This document shows positions 47,247-58,098 of a stretch of 64,000 nucleotides of DNA, piece after piece. Within the stretch, counting starts at the first letter, position 1. Each line of letters begins with the position of its first letter. The stretch is taken from NCBI GenBank assembly GCA_022813965.1, contig JALDZS010000015.1, forward strand, positions 1 to 64,000, given 5' to 3'. A model generated the notes under the pieces. That model worked only from the letters and a program-made list of their open reading frames with translations. It was not told the DNA's origin and made no database searches. Source of the DNA: Toensbergia leucococca (lineage: Eukaryota). A program made the position numbers and the translations under genes.

Positions 47247-50200
47247 ATGAGTGTTCCATCTCGAAGCATTCGCACATGGTCTTCCACTCTTTCCTTACCC
47301 AAGTCTGCCTTTCCCGCCCGTGCGCTGGCAGCAGATCAGCCCAGGTATTTGAAGCAATGTACCGATGACCTTTATACCCGTCAGCGCCATGACCGCCTAC
47401 ATAAGCCTCTCTTTATACTCCACGATGGTCCGCCCTATGCTAATGGGGACTTGCACGTCGGGCACGCGCTGAACAAGATCCTCAAAGACATTGTGTGCCG
47501 ATTTCAACTTTCGCAGGGCAAGAGAATAGACTACGTGCCTGGCTGGGACTGTCATGGATTGCCCATTGAGCTCAAAGCCCTGCAGCAGCAGCAAAAGCTA
47601 AGCTCGCTGGGTAATAGCAAGAAGTTGGGCGCAGTAGCCATAAGGAAGGCAGCCCGGGAGTTGGCAACGAAAGCAGTTGAGGTGCAGAAAAAGCAGTTTC
47701 GAGGATGGGGAATCATGGCAGATTGGGACAACGCTTGGAAAACTATGGATACCAATTTTGAAATGAAACAACTAGAAGTATTCAGGGAGTTGGTACGGAA
47801 AGGCTTGATAAATCGAAGATTCAAGCCCGTATACTGGTCTCCTTCTTCAGGAACCGCTCTTGCAGAAGCAGAGCTCGAATACAAGGAAGACCACGTATCT
47901 ACTGCAGCATTCATTTGCTATGCTCTTACATCGATTCCACCACGACTTGCTGCCAAGCTTGACAAAGATACGAGCAACATTAGTATTGTCATCTGGACCA
48001 CTACGCCTTGGACGCTAACAGCAAACAAGGCTATCGCTGTCCACTCCGGACTGGACTATGTCCTAGTGAAATCATCTACCCACGGAACTCTGCTGTTATC
48101 CAATTCAAGGTTATCAGATGTGGAAAAGTTGTGCGAGACAACATTGCCAATCATCTCTGGACCTTTTCGTGGAACTGAAATCATTGGCGCAACATATCGA
48201 AATCCAGCTGTTGCCCCAGAGACTTCACATCAACCAATTTTACACGCAGATTTTGTATCTGCTGATTCAGGCTCCGGACTGGTCCATCTTGCCCCAGGAC
48301 ATGGCATGGATGACTATGAGCTGTGCCGCAAAAACGAGATACCGGCATCCGCACCTGTTGATAATGAGGGATGTTTCACGGACCTAGCGCTGCCAGTAGA
48401 GCCAGAACTTCTCACTGGGAAGGAAGTGTTGCATGAGGGTAATGAGGCAGTGCTCAGATACATGTTCAGCTGTGGCCGTGTTCTTAAAACTCATAAGTAC
48501 ACCCACAAATATCCTTATGATTGGCGTTCGAAGCAACCGATTATCGTGCGTGCTACAGAGCAATGGTTTTGCGATGTTGGCAAGATTCGCGCAGCTGCCA
48601 TGCAATCACTCGAGACAGTGACATTTATACCTGGAGGGGGTAGAGAAAGGCTTGAAAGCTTTGTCAAAAATCGCAGCGAATGGTGCATTTCACGACAACG
48701 AGCCTGGGGTGTACCCATACCCGTGCTCTATCATAAGGACACCGGTGAAGCTGTCTTGACCGATGCCAGTATTTCATATATCATGTCAACAATTCAAGAT
48801 CGTGGAATAGACTCATGGTGGAGCGATGATGAGCTTGACCCGATTTGGACCCCACCAAATCTTAGAGAGAGCAGTGGAGAAACGTCGTTTGTTCGGGGTA
48901 AAGATACAATGGATGTATGGTTTGATAGTGGCACAAGCTGGACGCAGACTGCAAAAAGCGACGAGCAAGGTAGAAAGCATGTTGCTGATGTTTATGTTGA
49001 GGGCACAGATCAACATCGTGGTTGGTTCCAATCAAGCTTACTTACACATATTGCCAATCAAGATTCACATATTCTCGCCGAGACCTCTCCCAAGGCTCCG
49101 TACAAGACCCTCATCACGCATGGCTTCACGCTTGATCAAGACGGCCGGAAGATGAGCAAATCAATTGGCAATGTCATTTCGCCAGAAGAGATCATGAATG
49201 GAACACTGCTACTGCCAATGAAAAGAAAAAAAGGCAGAGGGATAGCTGCAAATCTCGACCATCCCGTGTACGATGCTATGGGCTCAGACGCTCTACATCT
49301 GTGGGTTGCCAGCAGTGACTATACCAAAGATATTGTTATTGGACAGCCAGTCCTGAAAGCGATCAACGGCAGCTTATCAAAGTACCGTGTTACTCTCAAG
49401 CTTCTCTTAGGCCTTCTTAAAGACTTTAATCCCCTATTGACAATTCCCTTTGGAGAGCTCAATTGCATCCACCAGCTCGCCCTTGTGCAGCTCAAAAATG
49501 TCAATGATAACGTTCACAATTATTACCACAATTTTGAATTTCACAAGGTTGTCAACTCTATCAATAAATACATCAACACCGATTTGTCTTCTCTTTATAT
49601 CGAAATGATCAAAGACAGTCTCTACGCTGATGCCGTAAAGTCTCAAAGTCGTGTGCAGGCCCAATTCACCCTTTTTCGGATCTACAAATATCTTCAAGCG
49701 ATGCTGAATCCTATAACACCATTGCTGATCGAGGAGACAATTGACTATGAACCTGAACAGATCAAACAGCGAGCGACTTTTCAATATTTGTGGGTAGACT
49801 CTAGTGGGGACGAGTGTCTCAGTGATGGCAGCTGGCACAATCAGCAACTTCAGTCAGACATTCCGCATCTACTGGCAGCTAACGCTGCAGTAAAGATTGC
49901 ACAAGAGTCAGCGCGGGTTGAGAAGAAAATGGGATCATCGCTGCAGTCATTCATAATATTACGTTTCGAGTCCAGGAACTCTGCTTTACAGACCTTCGAA
50001 CGCTATCGGGACGACTTGGCGACCCTTTTAGTGGTGTCAAAGGTTGACCTCTGCGTCGATCATATGCCTAAAGAAGTCAGTATGGCAGAATGGTCTTACA
50101 AGGCTGAACTCAACGTAGATGCAGAGAAAGTACAGGTGGTCGTGTATCAGCCACAGAAGAGCAAATGTGTAAGATGCTGGAAATATACCGCTCCGGTCGA

Positions 50201-50318
50201 CACGCAAGGGCAAGAGGCGCTTTGTGAAAGGTGTGAAAGAGTCATGGAAGTGGTGGAGAAGGATGAGCAGGAGTTTTGCAAAGACGTATCAAATACCAAT
50301 GCAGCTGCTGCGGCTTGA
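47247..50318 (+). CDS. ISM1: Isoleucyl-tRNA synthetase, bacterial/mitochondrial type
   Basis: LHDGPPYANGDLHVGH (HIGH), WTTTPWTL, GSGLVHLAPGHG, WCISRQRAWGVPIP, EGTDQHRGWFQS, KMSKS and C-terminal CVRC..CERC Zn finger. Confidence 0.95.
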   Translation: MSVPSRSIRTWSSTLSLPKSAFPARALAADQPRYLKQCTDDLYTRQRHDRLHKPLFILHDGPPYANGDLHVGHALNKILKDIVCRFQLSQGKRIDYVPGWDCHGLPIELKALQQQQKLSSLGNSKKLGAVAIRKAARELATKAVEVQKKQFRGWGIMADWDNAWKTMDTNFEMKQLEVFRELVRKGLINRRFKPVYWSPSSGTALAEAELEYKEDHVSTAAFICYALTSIPPRLAAKLDKDTSNISIVIWTTTPWTLTANKAIAVHSGLDYVLVKSSTHGTLLLSNSRLSDVEKLCETTLPIISGPFRGTEIIGATYRNPAVAPETSHQPILHADFVSADSGSGLVHLAPGHGMDDYELCRKNEIPASAPVDNEGCFTDLALPVEPELLTGKEVLHEGNEAVLRYMFSCGRVLKTHKYTHKYPYDWRSKQPIIVRATEQWFCDVGKIRAAAMQSLETVTFIPGGGRERLESFVKNRSEWCISRQRAWGVPIPVLYHKDTGEAVLTDASISYIMSTIQDRGIDSWWSDDELDPIWTPPNLRESSGETSFVRGKDTMDVWFDSGTSWTQTAKSDEQGRKHVADVYVEGTDQHRGWFQSSLLTHIANQDSHILAETSPKAPYKTLITHGFTLDQDGRKMSKSIGNVISPEEIMNGTLLLPMKRKKGRGIAANLDHPVYDAMGSDALHLWVASSDYTKDIVIGQPVLKAINGSLSKYRVTLKLLLGLLKDFNPLLTIPFGELNCIHQLALVQLKNVNDNVHNYYHNFEFHKVVNSINKYINTDLSSLYIEMIKDSLYADAVKSQSRVQAQFTLFRIYKYLQAMLNPITPLLIEETIDYEPEQIKQRATFQYLWVDSSGDECLSDGSWHNQQLQSDIPHLLAANAAVKIAQESARVEKKMGSSLQSFIILRFESRNSALQTFERYRDDLATLLVVSKVDLCVDHMPKEVSMAEWSYKAELNVDAEKVQVVVYQPQKSKCVRCWKYTAPVDTQGQEALCERCERVMEVVEKDEQEFCKDVSNTNAAAAA

Positions 50319-50750
50319 AGCCAATGTAAGGTTCCTATTTTACTTGCAAGGGTCTCTTGAATTCTGTACCATGGCTTCAGAAGGGCCGTAGAGAAGTTTC
50401 CATTTGCATACTACCTTATGATACGAGTATTCTCTCTTGCTGCTGGTGAAAACATATTTCATTTGTAAAAAACAGTGTCTCTAACCCGTATTAGAAGTGC
50501 TCTTGCAAGCATACAAGTATCCAAATTCTCTAGACCCTACTGAACCAGACTTCCAGACTATCAACAAGCTACCTTTTGTTAAGGCGGTGTCGATACTGGA
50601 TGAATGTCCGGGCCGTCTCGCTTAATGACGGCCACTATCGTCGAGGTTCTCCTGTGTCTGTGGAAGTCTTCACATCTTCAAATTTGCCACGACTTCGTTC
50701 GCTAGTCTTGCTTTGCCACTCCCAACGTCGACGTTGACGACACTGCCACT

Positions 50751-53045
50751 ATGCCGTGTCAGCACTTCAAAGGCTTCCCAAGCCTGCCAGAGCTTGATGA
50801 CGCGTGGCAAGGTGCGCAAGATGCCTCACTTGCGACAGTCGTTGCTTTCAGACAACATATCTATGACCTCAGTGAAAAGCTAGACACTCTTGACATTTCC
50901 GTGCACGGCGAAAAACAGAATGGTGACGCAGGACATGGATCCAGTAGCTCTATTGTGCATACTCTATGCTGTGAGTACGATGACAGCTGTCAACATACCG
51001 TACTCAATTATTGATCTTTGTACAGTGAGTGATCGTATCACCGCATTAGAGAGGACATTACAAAGAGTTCTGGACGCTTTTCGGAGTCAGAAAGTTAGTA
51101 CTGTTCGTTCGCTGTGTGAACCATCAAATAAGGCAATTGGTACCTTGATTGAAGAGGACGCTGCAGAGCACGGTCAGAATATCTTCAAAGGGCTTAACGA
51201 TGACGAAGTAATTGTCCATAACGTACAGTGTGGGCCATTGAGCGAGGCAGTCGCTACTTCGGCTGCAGAGGAAGCTGCAGAGAAAGCAGTAGAGAAGGCT
51301 ACAGAGCATCATGAGAATTTGTGCCAGTTGCTTGACACCAACGAAGTGTTTCCTAGTTACGTGCAGTGTGAAGCAAGGAACGACACGACTGTTGAGGAGG
51401 CCAAAGACGAAACCAAAGAGGAGGCGGAAGAGGAGGTCGAAGAGGAGGTTGAAGAAGAGGTCAAAGAGGAGGTCAAAGATGAGGTCAAAGACAAGACAGA
51501 GAATTTGTGCGAATCTTTTGATATTAATGAAGTATCTGCTAGCCTCGTACAGTGTGGTCCAACGAGCGAGTCGGTTGGTTCTTCGGCCCAAAAGAAGACT
51601 GCAGAGCACGCTGAGAGTCTATGCAAATCACTTGACACCAACATAGTAACTGCTAGCCACGTACAGTGTGAAGCCAAGAGCGAGGCCGTAGCTTCTTCAA
51701 AAGAGATTCATACAACCATCCCACCGGTGGAACCTTTCGACGTTGATACGTCCGAGCTAGCGACTGACCTAGTGACCGACTCCAAGACAAACACTTTGGA
51801 CCCCAATAAGTGTAACGACAGCGCGGTTCTAACCAGCACATTTTTTCTCCTTTCTCCAAAGACTACTGCATTTACATCTACTATGGATCTATCCGCCCCC
51901 ACGAGCCCTCAGGGCATCAACGAGACAAGCACTAGTGGTGAGCCTTCCGGGGACTCCTTAGTCAACGAGATGTTAGCCGCTCGAGCCAGATGGACTCAGG
52001 CCAGAATGCAACAGTACGGGCATAAGAAGAATGCCGGCGTTGAACAAGGCAAAGAGAAAGAAGGTGCTACCATGGAGTCTAGTGAGGAGGAAGCATTTCA
52101 AGACCAAGGAGATGAAGATTTCCCAGACTCGGTGAAGGATAAATGGGTGAGCAATAGGACTTCTCAAGTAACTACCTTCTCTGACCTTTCTAGGATTCAA
52201 CAATCCCACCTACAGGAACCCACGAGCTCGCCTCATTACTCAGCCCGCAGTCCAAGAAATTGGTGTTGAAAGCACCCAACACCCTTTATCCACTTATCGT
52301 TCCTACTGGAGCACCAGCTAAGAGAGTCAATTTCGATCATTTCCGCATAAAGGTTTCTCGAGGTTCTCTTTCTAAAAAAGCTGTCGAATTCGGATCTTTT
52401 CAGGGTCCTACCTTTGTAGACGCCGAGATTGATCTGCAGCTGAGCATTCAGAATCCCGAAGCGCCGACTATTACCATCAGCGGCCGAATTTACGAAACGG
52501 GCAATAACTACATGCTTCGCGCGGACAATCGGCTCATGCGTTTGGACTACCGCGTGCAATTTTGCGTCACCGAGCATCTGATTGCTGATTCACTCGACCT
52601 AGGCTTCGTCGCAGATAACCCTCTCATCTCGGCAGCGGCCAATCTCCCCCGTGGTGTCACAGAGCAGCTAAAAGACCCAAGTCAGATTCCGGAAAACCTT
52701 CACTACCTGTCATTCAGATTCAATGAGGTCATGAGTGAAGGCTTCGACAACTTCCCGAACCCAGAGCAGTGCCTCCAAGATGACACAAGCTTCAACGAGG
52801 AAGCTTGCATTTTCTTCACCTTTTTCGGCTTCCTAGCTAGTGGTGGGGCCGACACGGTCGAGTTGTGGTTCTTGCACAAGGACGCCCAGCATGCCGCTAA
52901 CATCAACAACATCTTCTCCAAGATGGAAAAGGCGCATGGAGGTCAGCTCAAGACCAAGCAGTGGAAGAACCGTGAGCATTTATGGGAGCGCGTCGTGATC
53001 GAGGGCGGTAAAATGGCGTGGAAGCTCAAGGACACGCTAGGCTGA
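50751..53045 (+). CDS. Hypothetical (orphan) protein with four internal Cys-bracketed repeats, an acidic tract and a globular C-terminal domain, 3 exons; introns 50971-51025 and 52147-52193
   Basis: GTGAGT..TACAG and GTGAGC..CTGAC..TAG introns join ORFs 50751-51014, 50890-52269 and 52260-53045 in frame. Confidence 0.7.
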
Positions 53046-53666
53046 AGGCTTTCAGATAGGAGCAGTGAGATTGTCAGGCAGACTAGACGAAGGTTTTTTT
53101 TTGAAGAATGACGCGCGAGGTTCTTGTATTGTTCAGCAGGCGAGATGGTTGTGCGTATGTTTGGAAGGTCTAGTCTGCACAGATGTAATATGGAAGAATG
53201 CTGAATGCGATATAGACTTGATCTGAAAGTCGAAATCTAATTCCTCTCCTCCTGACTCCACCCCCGCGCCCTGAAAAAGTAACTTGGCCTGAAAAACACC
53301 AGCTACACCGATAAAAACCTCCCGTGCTTCCCCTCCCAAACTCCACAGCTCTCCCCCTAGGCGCAATATCGCATACAGTAGGCACAACGATACCTATTGA
53401 ATCCACCACTCCAAAGGTTGCCAAGTATTGACTTTGCATTTTCTCCCTCTTTGACTGCTGCAGTTTGGTTTCCTGGTTGCATGCCATCTACTTCCTCCTC
53501 CTCCTCCTCCTCCTATGCAACACGACGATTCGACTATTTCACGATCCCAGAAGCGTGGCGTGGGATTAAATCCAACAGTAAATCCACCCTCTTTAACGTC
53601 ATTTGTCCCTTCTGCTATGCTACACAGCACCTATTGGCAGATACACTTCTTCCGCCCTAAATATGC

Positions 53667-54353
53667 TTAGCGAGCGCTAGCAGTTCTCCTCCACTGCTCT
53701 ATGTTCAACAATCGCTGTTCCTCCTGGCGTAGTCTTCGGATCATTGACTTGGTGTCAGGAACAGTCTCATTATTTCGAACCTCATTGCTGAGGATCGAGA
53801 CAAAATCATCAAACTTTGGCCCCAGACCGTTCATCATAAGTATACAATTCACCTCCCTTACGGTGAGCCTAAGATCTAGAAGTTCCGATTCAATATCTAG
53901 GGCTTTGAATCCATACTTCTCGATGCTTTTGACCTTGTCATAGTCGTACTCGAGGAGACGAACGACAGCTTTCCATTTGGTAGACCAACCGCTTTGAGTA
54001 TATTGAGTTTTCAGGTGATACCAGAGGTATTTGGCCGTCCATCCATCTTCTGGTTTGGAAGCAAAAAGTTCGATCTGGATTTCCTCGGTACACATGTCTA
54101 TAATTGTGTAAACAGCCCTCCTTTCGTTGCTTTTTACTTCTTGTATTTGCTCTGCCCTAGTGTACACCTTTTCACGTCTTTCCTCGTCATCCTCTGGCTT
54201 GGAAACCAGGGGTGGTGGTCTAAGTTGTGTTCCCTCAACGAACGTCCAGAGTTGAGAGATTTTGATGGCAATTTCCATATTTCTGGCCCATTGCTTGTAA
54301 TTGACGGAGCCAGCGAGTTTGTCAAACGTCATGGTCTCATCATCTTGAACCAT
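53667..54353 (-). CDS. Ty1/copia Gag (capsid part; no zinc knuckle or pol)
   Basis: KLAGSVNYKQWARNMEIAIKISQLWTFVEG, TAKYLWYHLKTQY, LMMNGLGPKFDDFVSIL and LRQEEQR, matching copia gag (Retrotran_gag_2/UBN2-type) motifs. Confidence 0.85.
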   Translation of the reverse strand: MVQDDETMTFDKLAGSVNYKQWARNMEIAIKISQLWTFVEGTQLRPPPLVSKPEDDEERREKVYTRAEQIQEVKSNERRAVYTIIDMCTEEIQIELFASKPEDGWTAKYLWYHLKTQYTQSGWSTKWKAVVRLLEYDYDKVKSIEKYGFKALDIESELLDLRLTVREVNCILMMNGLGPKFDDFVSILSNEVRNNETVPDTKSMIRRLRQEEQRLLNIEQWRRTASAR

Positions 54354-54424
54354 GATGACGAGGGTATATGAATGGATGTACAGGATTTTCGAGATCGCGA
54401 GTATAAGTGTCAACGTCAGTTGAT

Positions 54425-54517
54425 GGGGTGTTGTCGGCGTTCTTCTGCGCCTTATGACGGTGACGATATGGGGTGTCGCCGGCGTTCTTCTGCGCCTTTA
54501 CGATGGTGACGATATGG
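54425..54517. repeat. Two imperfect ~46-nt tandem copies in the copia leader
   Basis: ggggtgt(t/c)g(t/c)cggcgttcttctgcgcctt...ggtgacgatat repeated twice. Confidence 0.85.
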
Positions 54518-55917
54518 TATATAAAGTATGAATAGGTAGGCGAGGGAGCTCCGGGCTCACAACCTATTAAAGGTTTAAGATCAATGATAGATATGTGATC
54601 ATTTGAATAATTCGATAATTCGATAACTAGTACGGATAGGTCAAAAGACTCTCTATTCGATAATTTACTTTTGATGGGATCCTACCCCATATATATATGT
54701 AACTCCCAATGAAAACACAAGCCGAATGAAGACATGTGAAGGAATCATTTCCAAGGATTGGATAGGCCCATCCATGGCTAGTTGGGGCATATGGAATCAT
54801 ATGATCTTCCCCTCATCTGATTCCATATGTGATTGACTCGATAACATCAACAGCACCCATTTCCCCCCTTCCAAAACCCCACGTACCCAAGTTCAGTTCC
54901 CCTTCTCTCATACCCATCCTCTTATTGGCCCCTCCCTCCCCAAAACCCTCCACACCATCCCATAGAACAATCCTTCCTAGGCCAAGATCCCAGACACCAT
55001 ATCTCTGATCAAAAGCCCCTTTCCTGTGAGATTTTCTTCACATCTGTTGGTGCTGTGTTGGGATTTAAGGAGTTTCTGGAAGAGTGGGAAGGGGAGGGGG
55101 AAACGGAATTGACTACGAGATTGTGAAAAAAAAGAAGAAAAGGTAGGTAGGTATGGGATAAGAGGCCGGGCTGAAAGAGACACTGGCGCTTTTTATTCGA
55201 ATTATGTGGAGGGAGGTTTGGGTCGTGTTCGAGGCGTGTTGGGACGAGATGGAGAGGATTAAGTTTGTGATAGAGGGAGGGGGGATGGATTTTGGGTTTG
55301 GTTCTCTTGGGGAAAAGAAGTGCAGATAAGTTGGGGATAGTAGAATGGGATGTACGCAACATCAGGAACGACGGATTTGCAAAAGTGGCATTGGATAATT
55401 AGAATTTCCTTCTATCAAAGAAATCCAAGATAGTTTTGGAAAAAGATTCCCTAAGAAACAATGTTCGTTCTAACTGCACTCATTCTCATTGAACTGATAT
55501 ATGCCGTTACCGCAAGTCAAACCAAGCAGAACGTTGGTTCACATATTAAGACATGCTTGCGGTTGTCATTACTGACTGGGAAAGGGCAGGGTGTTGCTTT
55601 GAGCACATCTTCGGCACAGCTGCAGTCATGGGTGATGAGGACTAAGCTGCAATTTGACATCCGTGCTGGTCTGTAGGGGCAAGTATGCGACGCTTGTGGA
55701 GGAAAGGGAGAGAGGGGTTGCTCTGCGGGATTGGAAGATCCTGGACAAGGAAAGAGAAGCATATGATTGGGAGGGAGGGTTCAAAAGAAAATCAGAAATT
55801 GGCTATGTGCTTCGCTACGTCCTTTTTCTCGCTTTGACAACAACGCTTTTTCCAGATCGTTACCTAGAATACAGAAAATATACAGAGCGTTTTATTTGCA
55901 GAAATTGTGCCTGATGG

Positions 55918-57578
55918 CTAGAGCTCTTGATGATCGTAGTCTTGCATGATTGATTTGGCGGCTTGGGAGTCTGGACGGGAAAGCTTTCCCTTTCTGAGTT
56001 CGCTGACGGCCAGGTCGAAACGGGCGCCCATTAGATATGCGACGAAGATCTGATGGGTGTTAGCTGTTCTCAAGATGGAAAAGCAGCAAGACTTCAAAGA
56101 ACCCACCATGATGCATGAAATTGTGAAGAGAGTGCCCATGACTGCCACTAGGATCCAGACTGAAAGGGGTGTCAGTAAATGCTATCAAGGGTGATCGCTT
56201 TGAAACGTACTGGTATCCCATTTCGCCTCTTCTGATGCTGCATCTTTCTCAGCTTGGAGGGGTGCTACTTCACCAGTCTGCTCCCGTATGATGGCCTTGG
56301 GATCTTGAGATGGGAAGACGGATTCAATGAACTGCTCAATCTAAACTGCATGTCAGCAGGGCGACCATTTCCAGGATGATCATTGTATGAACTTTTCCAC
56401 ACGCAATACTAATCTTAAGGAAATTAGGATCCTTGGGCGTGTTTTTCTTATGTATCTTCCGTGCGAATCTCCTGAACACCTCATATACCATACGCAGGTT
56501 CTGCGTTGACTCGACCATGATCTGGCATGCCTGGCCTTTTGTGATTTTGATGTTCCTCTTAAATACTGCAGGGTTGCGGAAAACCAATTCGAGGGTCGCA
56601 ATTGCCATAGTTTGAGGGATCGCTGCAAAGTTGAAGACTGATTGCTCCTTCAGGCCAGCCAAGTAGAAAAGGCACTCATCGGCGTGATGCAGGGAATTCA
56701 GCACCATTTCTGAACTACAATTCAAGGCAGCGTCCAAGTTTTCTGGCTTGAACAGATCTTCAAACTTAGTAGCATGCTTTGACCAGATTTCTTTTGGCCA
56801 AAATCTGCGCTTATCATCAAAGTCCTCTTTGACATCTCGAATTATGTTTGTCTTTTGCAGAAACTGCCCCATCGACTCCTGTAGATGAGGTCGTTCAAGC
56901 AACGCTTTGTTGGCTAAGCCACTGCTTACGAACAGGCGCGTTAAGCCTTCGCCGACTAAGCCCGCAACATAATGACAATAAAGCTCGTAATCTTTGATAG
57001 TGTCCACGCCATTGGTATTGTGCTCTGCATTGTTGGCATAGTCTGCCATACCGCTACCCATCTTTTGTGTGATATCTTGAATGATCAATCGATATTCCGG
57101 TTTAATTTTCTTGAACTCTGCAATTACGTTCTGGAATTGAACGAGTAATTCCCGATCTTTCTCATTTAGACCATTTCCATCGAAATTCCAGCCTTCTTGC
57201 TCTAATACGTTGTGGAAGTCTCGCAGCAGCGGATCTTTCTTGTCAAGAGGTATGGTCATGTCATCTTCGATTGTATCTAATCCCCTGAGGGCAAGGTAGA
57301 ATAAGACAACTGGGACAAGTAGTTCGGGATGAAGTTCTTGTATAACAGCACTGAAGCTACGGCTGGTTTGATCGAGAAAGTAAAAGCAGATTTTTAAGGT
57401 CAAGGCTTCTTTCTCTTCGTCCCGTTCGTGGACGGCGTTGTGCCATACTTTCCTGTTGGCTGTTAGGACAGTCGCTGTCAGGTGGGGGAAGTCTCAGATG
57501 AACTGCGAACCATTGAACGATAGATCTTAACTCCTGAAAATGGACTAGGTAGTGGAGAACGTCGGCGGCGCTCACCAT
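55918..57578 (-). CDS. ERG9: Squalene synthase, 5 exons; introns 57452-57510, 56341-56392, 56160-56210 and 56050-56106
   Basis: [62 protein letters not shown]-terminal TM anchor and HQEL end. Confidence 0.96.
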
Positions 57579-58098
57579 CTTCACTGTAGTTCGGGTAAAA
57601 GGGATGTTCTCGCTGGAGTAAAACAATGGGGACAAAAGACAGGATCAGTGATTCAGACAGTGGAAGGTAGACATGAAGGTGGTCTCTATCTACACGTGAA
57701 AGGAGAGGCGGTGAGTTGATTCGATCGCATTCGAGGATTGTGAGATTTATGAGTACGAATAGGGAGCTTAGCCTGAGCCTGTCTGACTGTCTGACTGTAA
57801 GCCCGCAGACTCGCTTATTCTATTTGACCGAGGACGTTTGTGGCGGTGGTGGCGGGGCAAAGTGTGGCCGAGAAAAATGAGGCGTCATCGGCTTGATGTT
57901 ATCGCGTTCAAGCCTAGAGTAGAGAGTAGGTACCTAAGTTCAGGGTTCGACTGTACACAGATAATACGGCTACCCACAGCATCCTGCACATCTGATGAAC
58001 TGCTACATCGGCCAGTTCAAAGATCTACATAGCTTCCAACCAAATCATCCATCCCCGTTCTCGAAGGCCTGTCCCCAACTGCACACACTCCACCCGCC

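Larger units (their letters stand above)
53667..54852 (-). mobile_element. Truncated Ty1/copia LTR retrotransposon: 5' LTR (54565-54852), PBS (54553-54564), leader and gag
   Basis: The minus strand starts TGTTGA at 54852 and ends TTAATA at 54565, immediately followed by GGTTGTGAGCCC (copia-type GGTTATGAGCCC PBS). TATATA lies inside the LTR and gag lies downstream. Confidence 0.8.

Noticed and set aside
55654..55914. Protein-like stretch GKYATLVEERERGVALRDWKILDKEREAYDW
   Set aside because: No ATG-linked gene model or recognisable family; it may be purine-rich 3' flank of ERG9.
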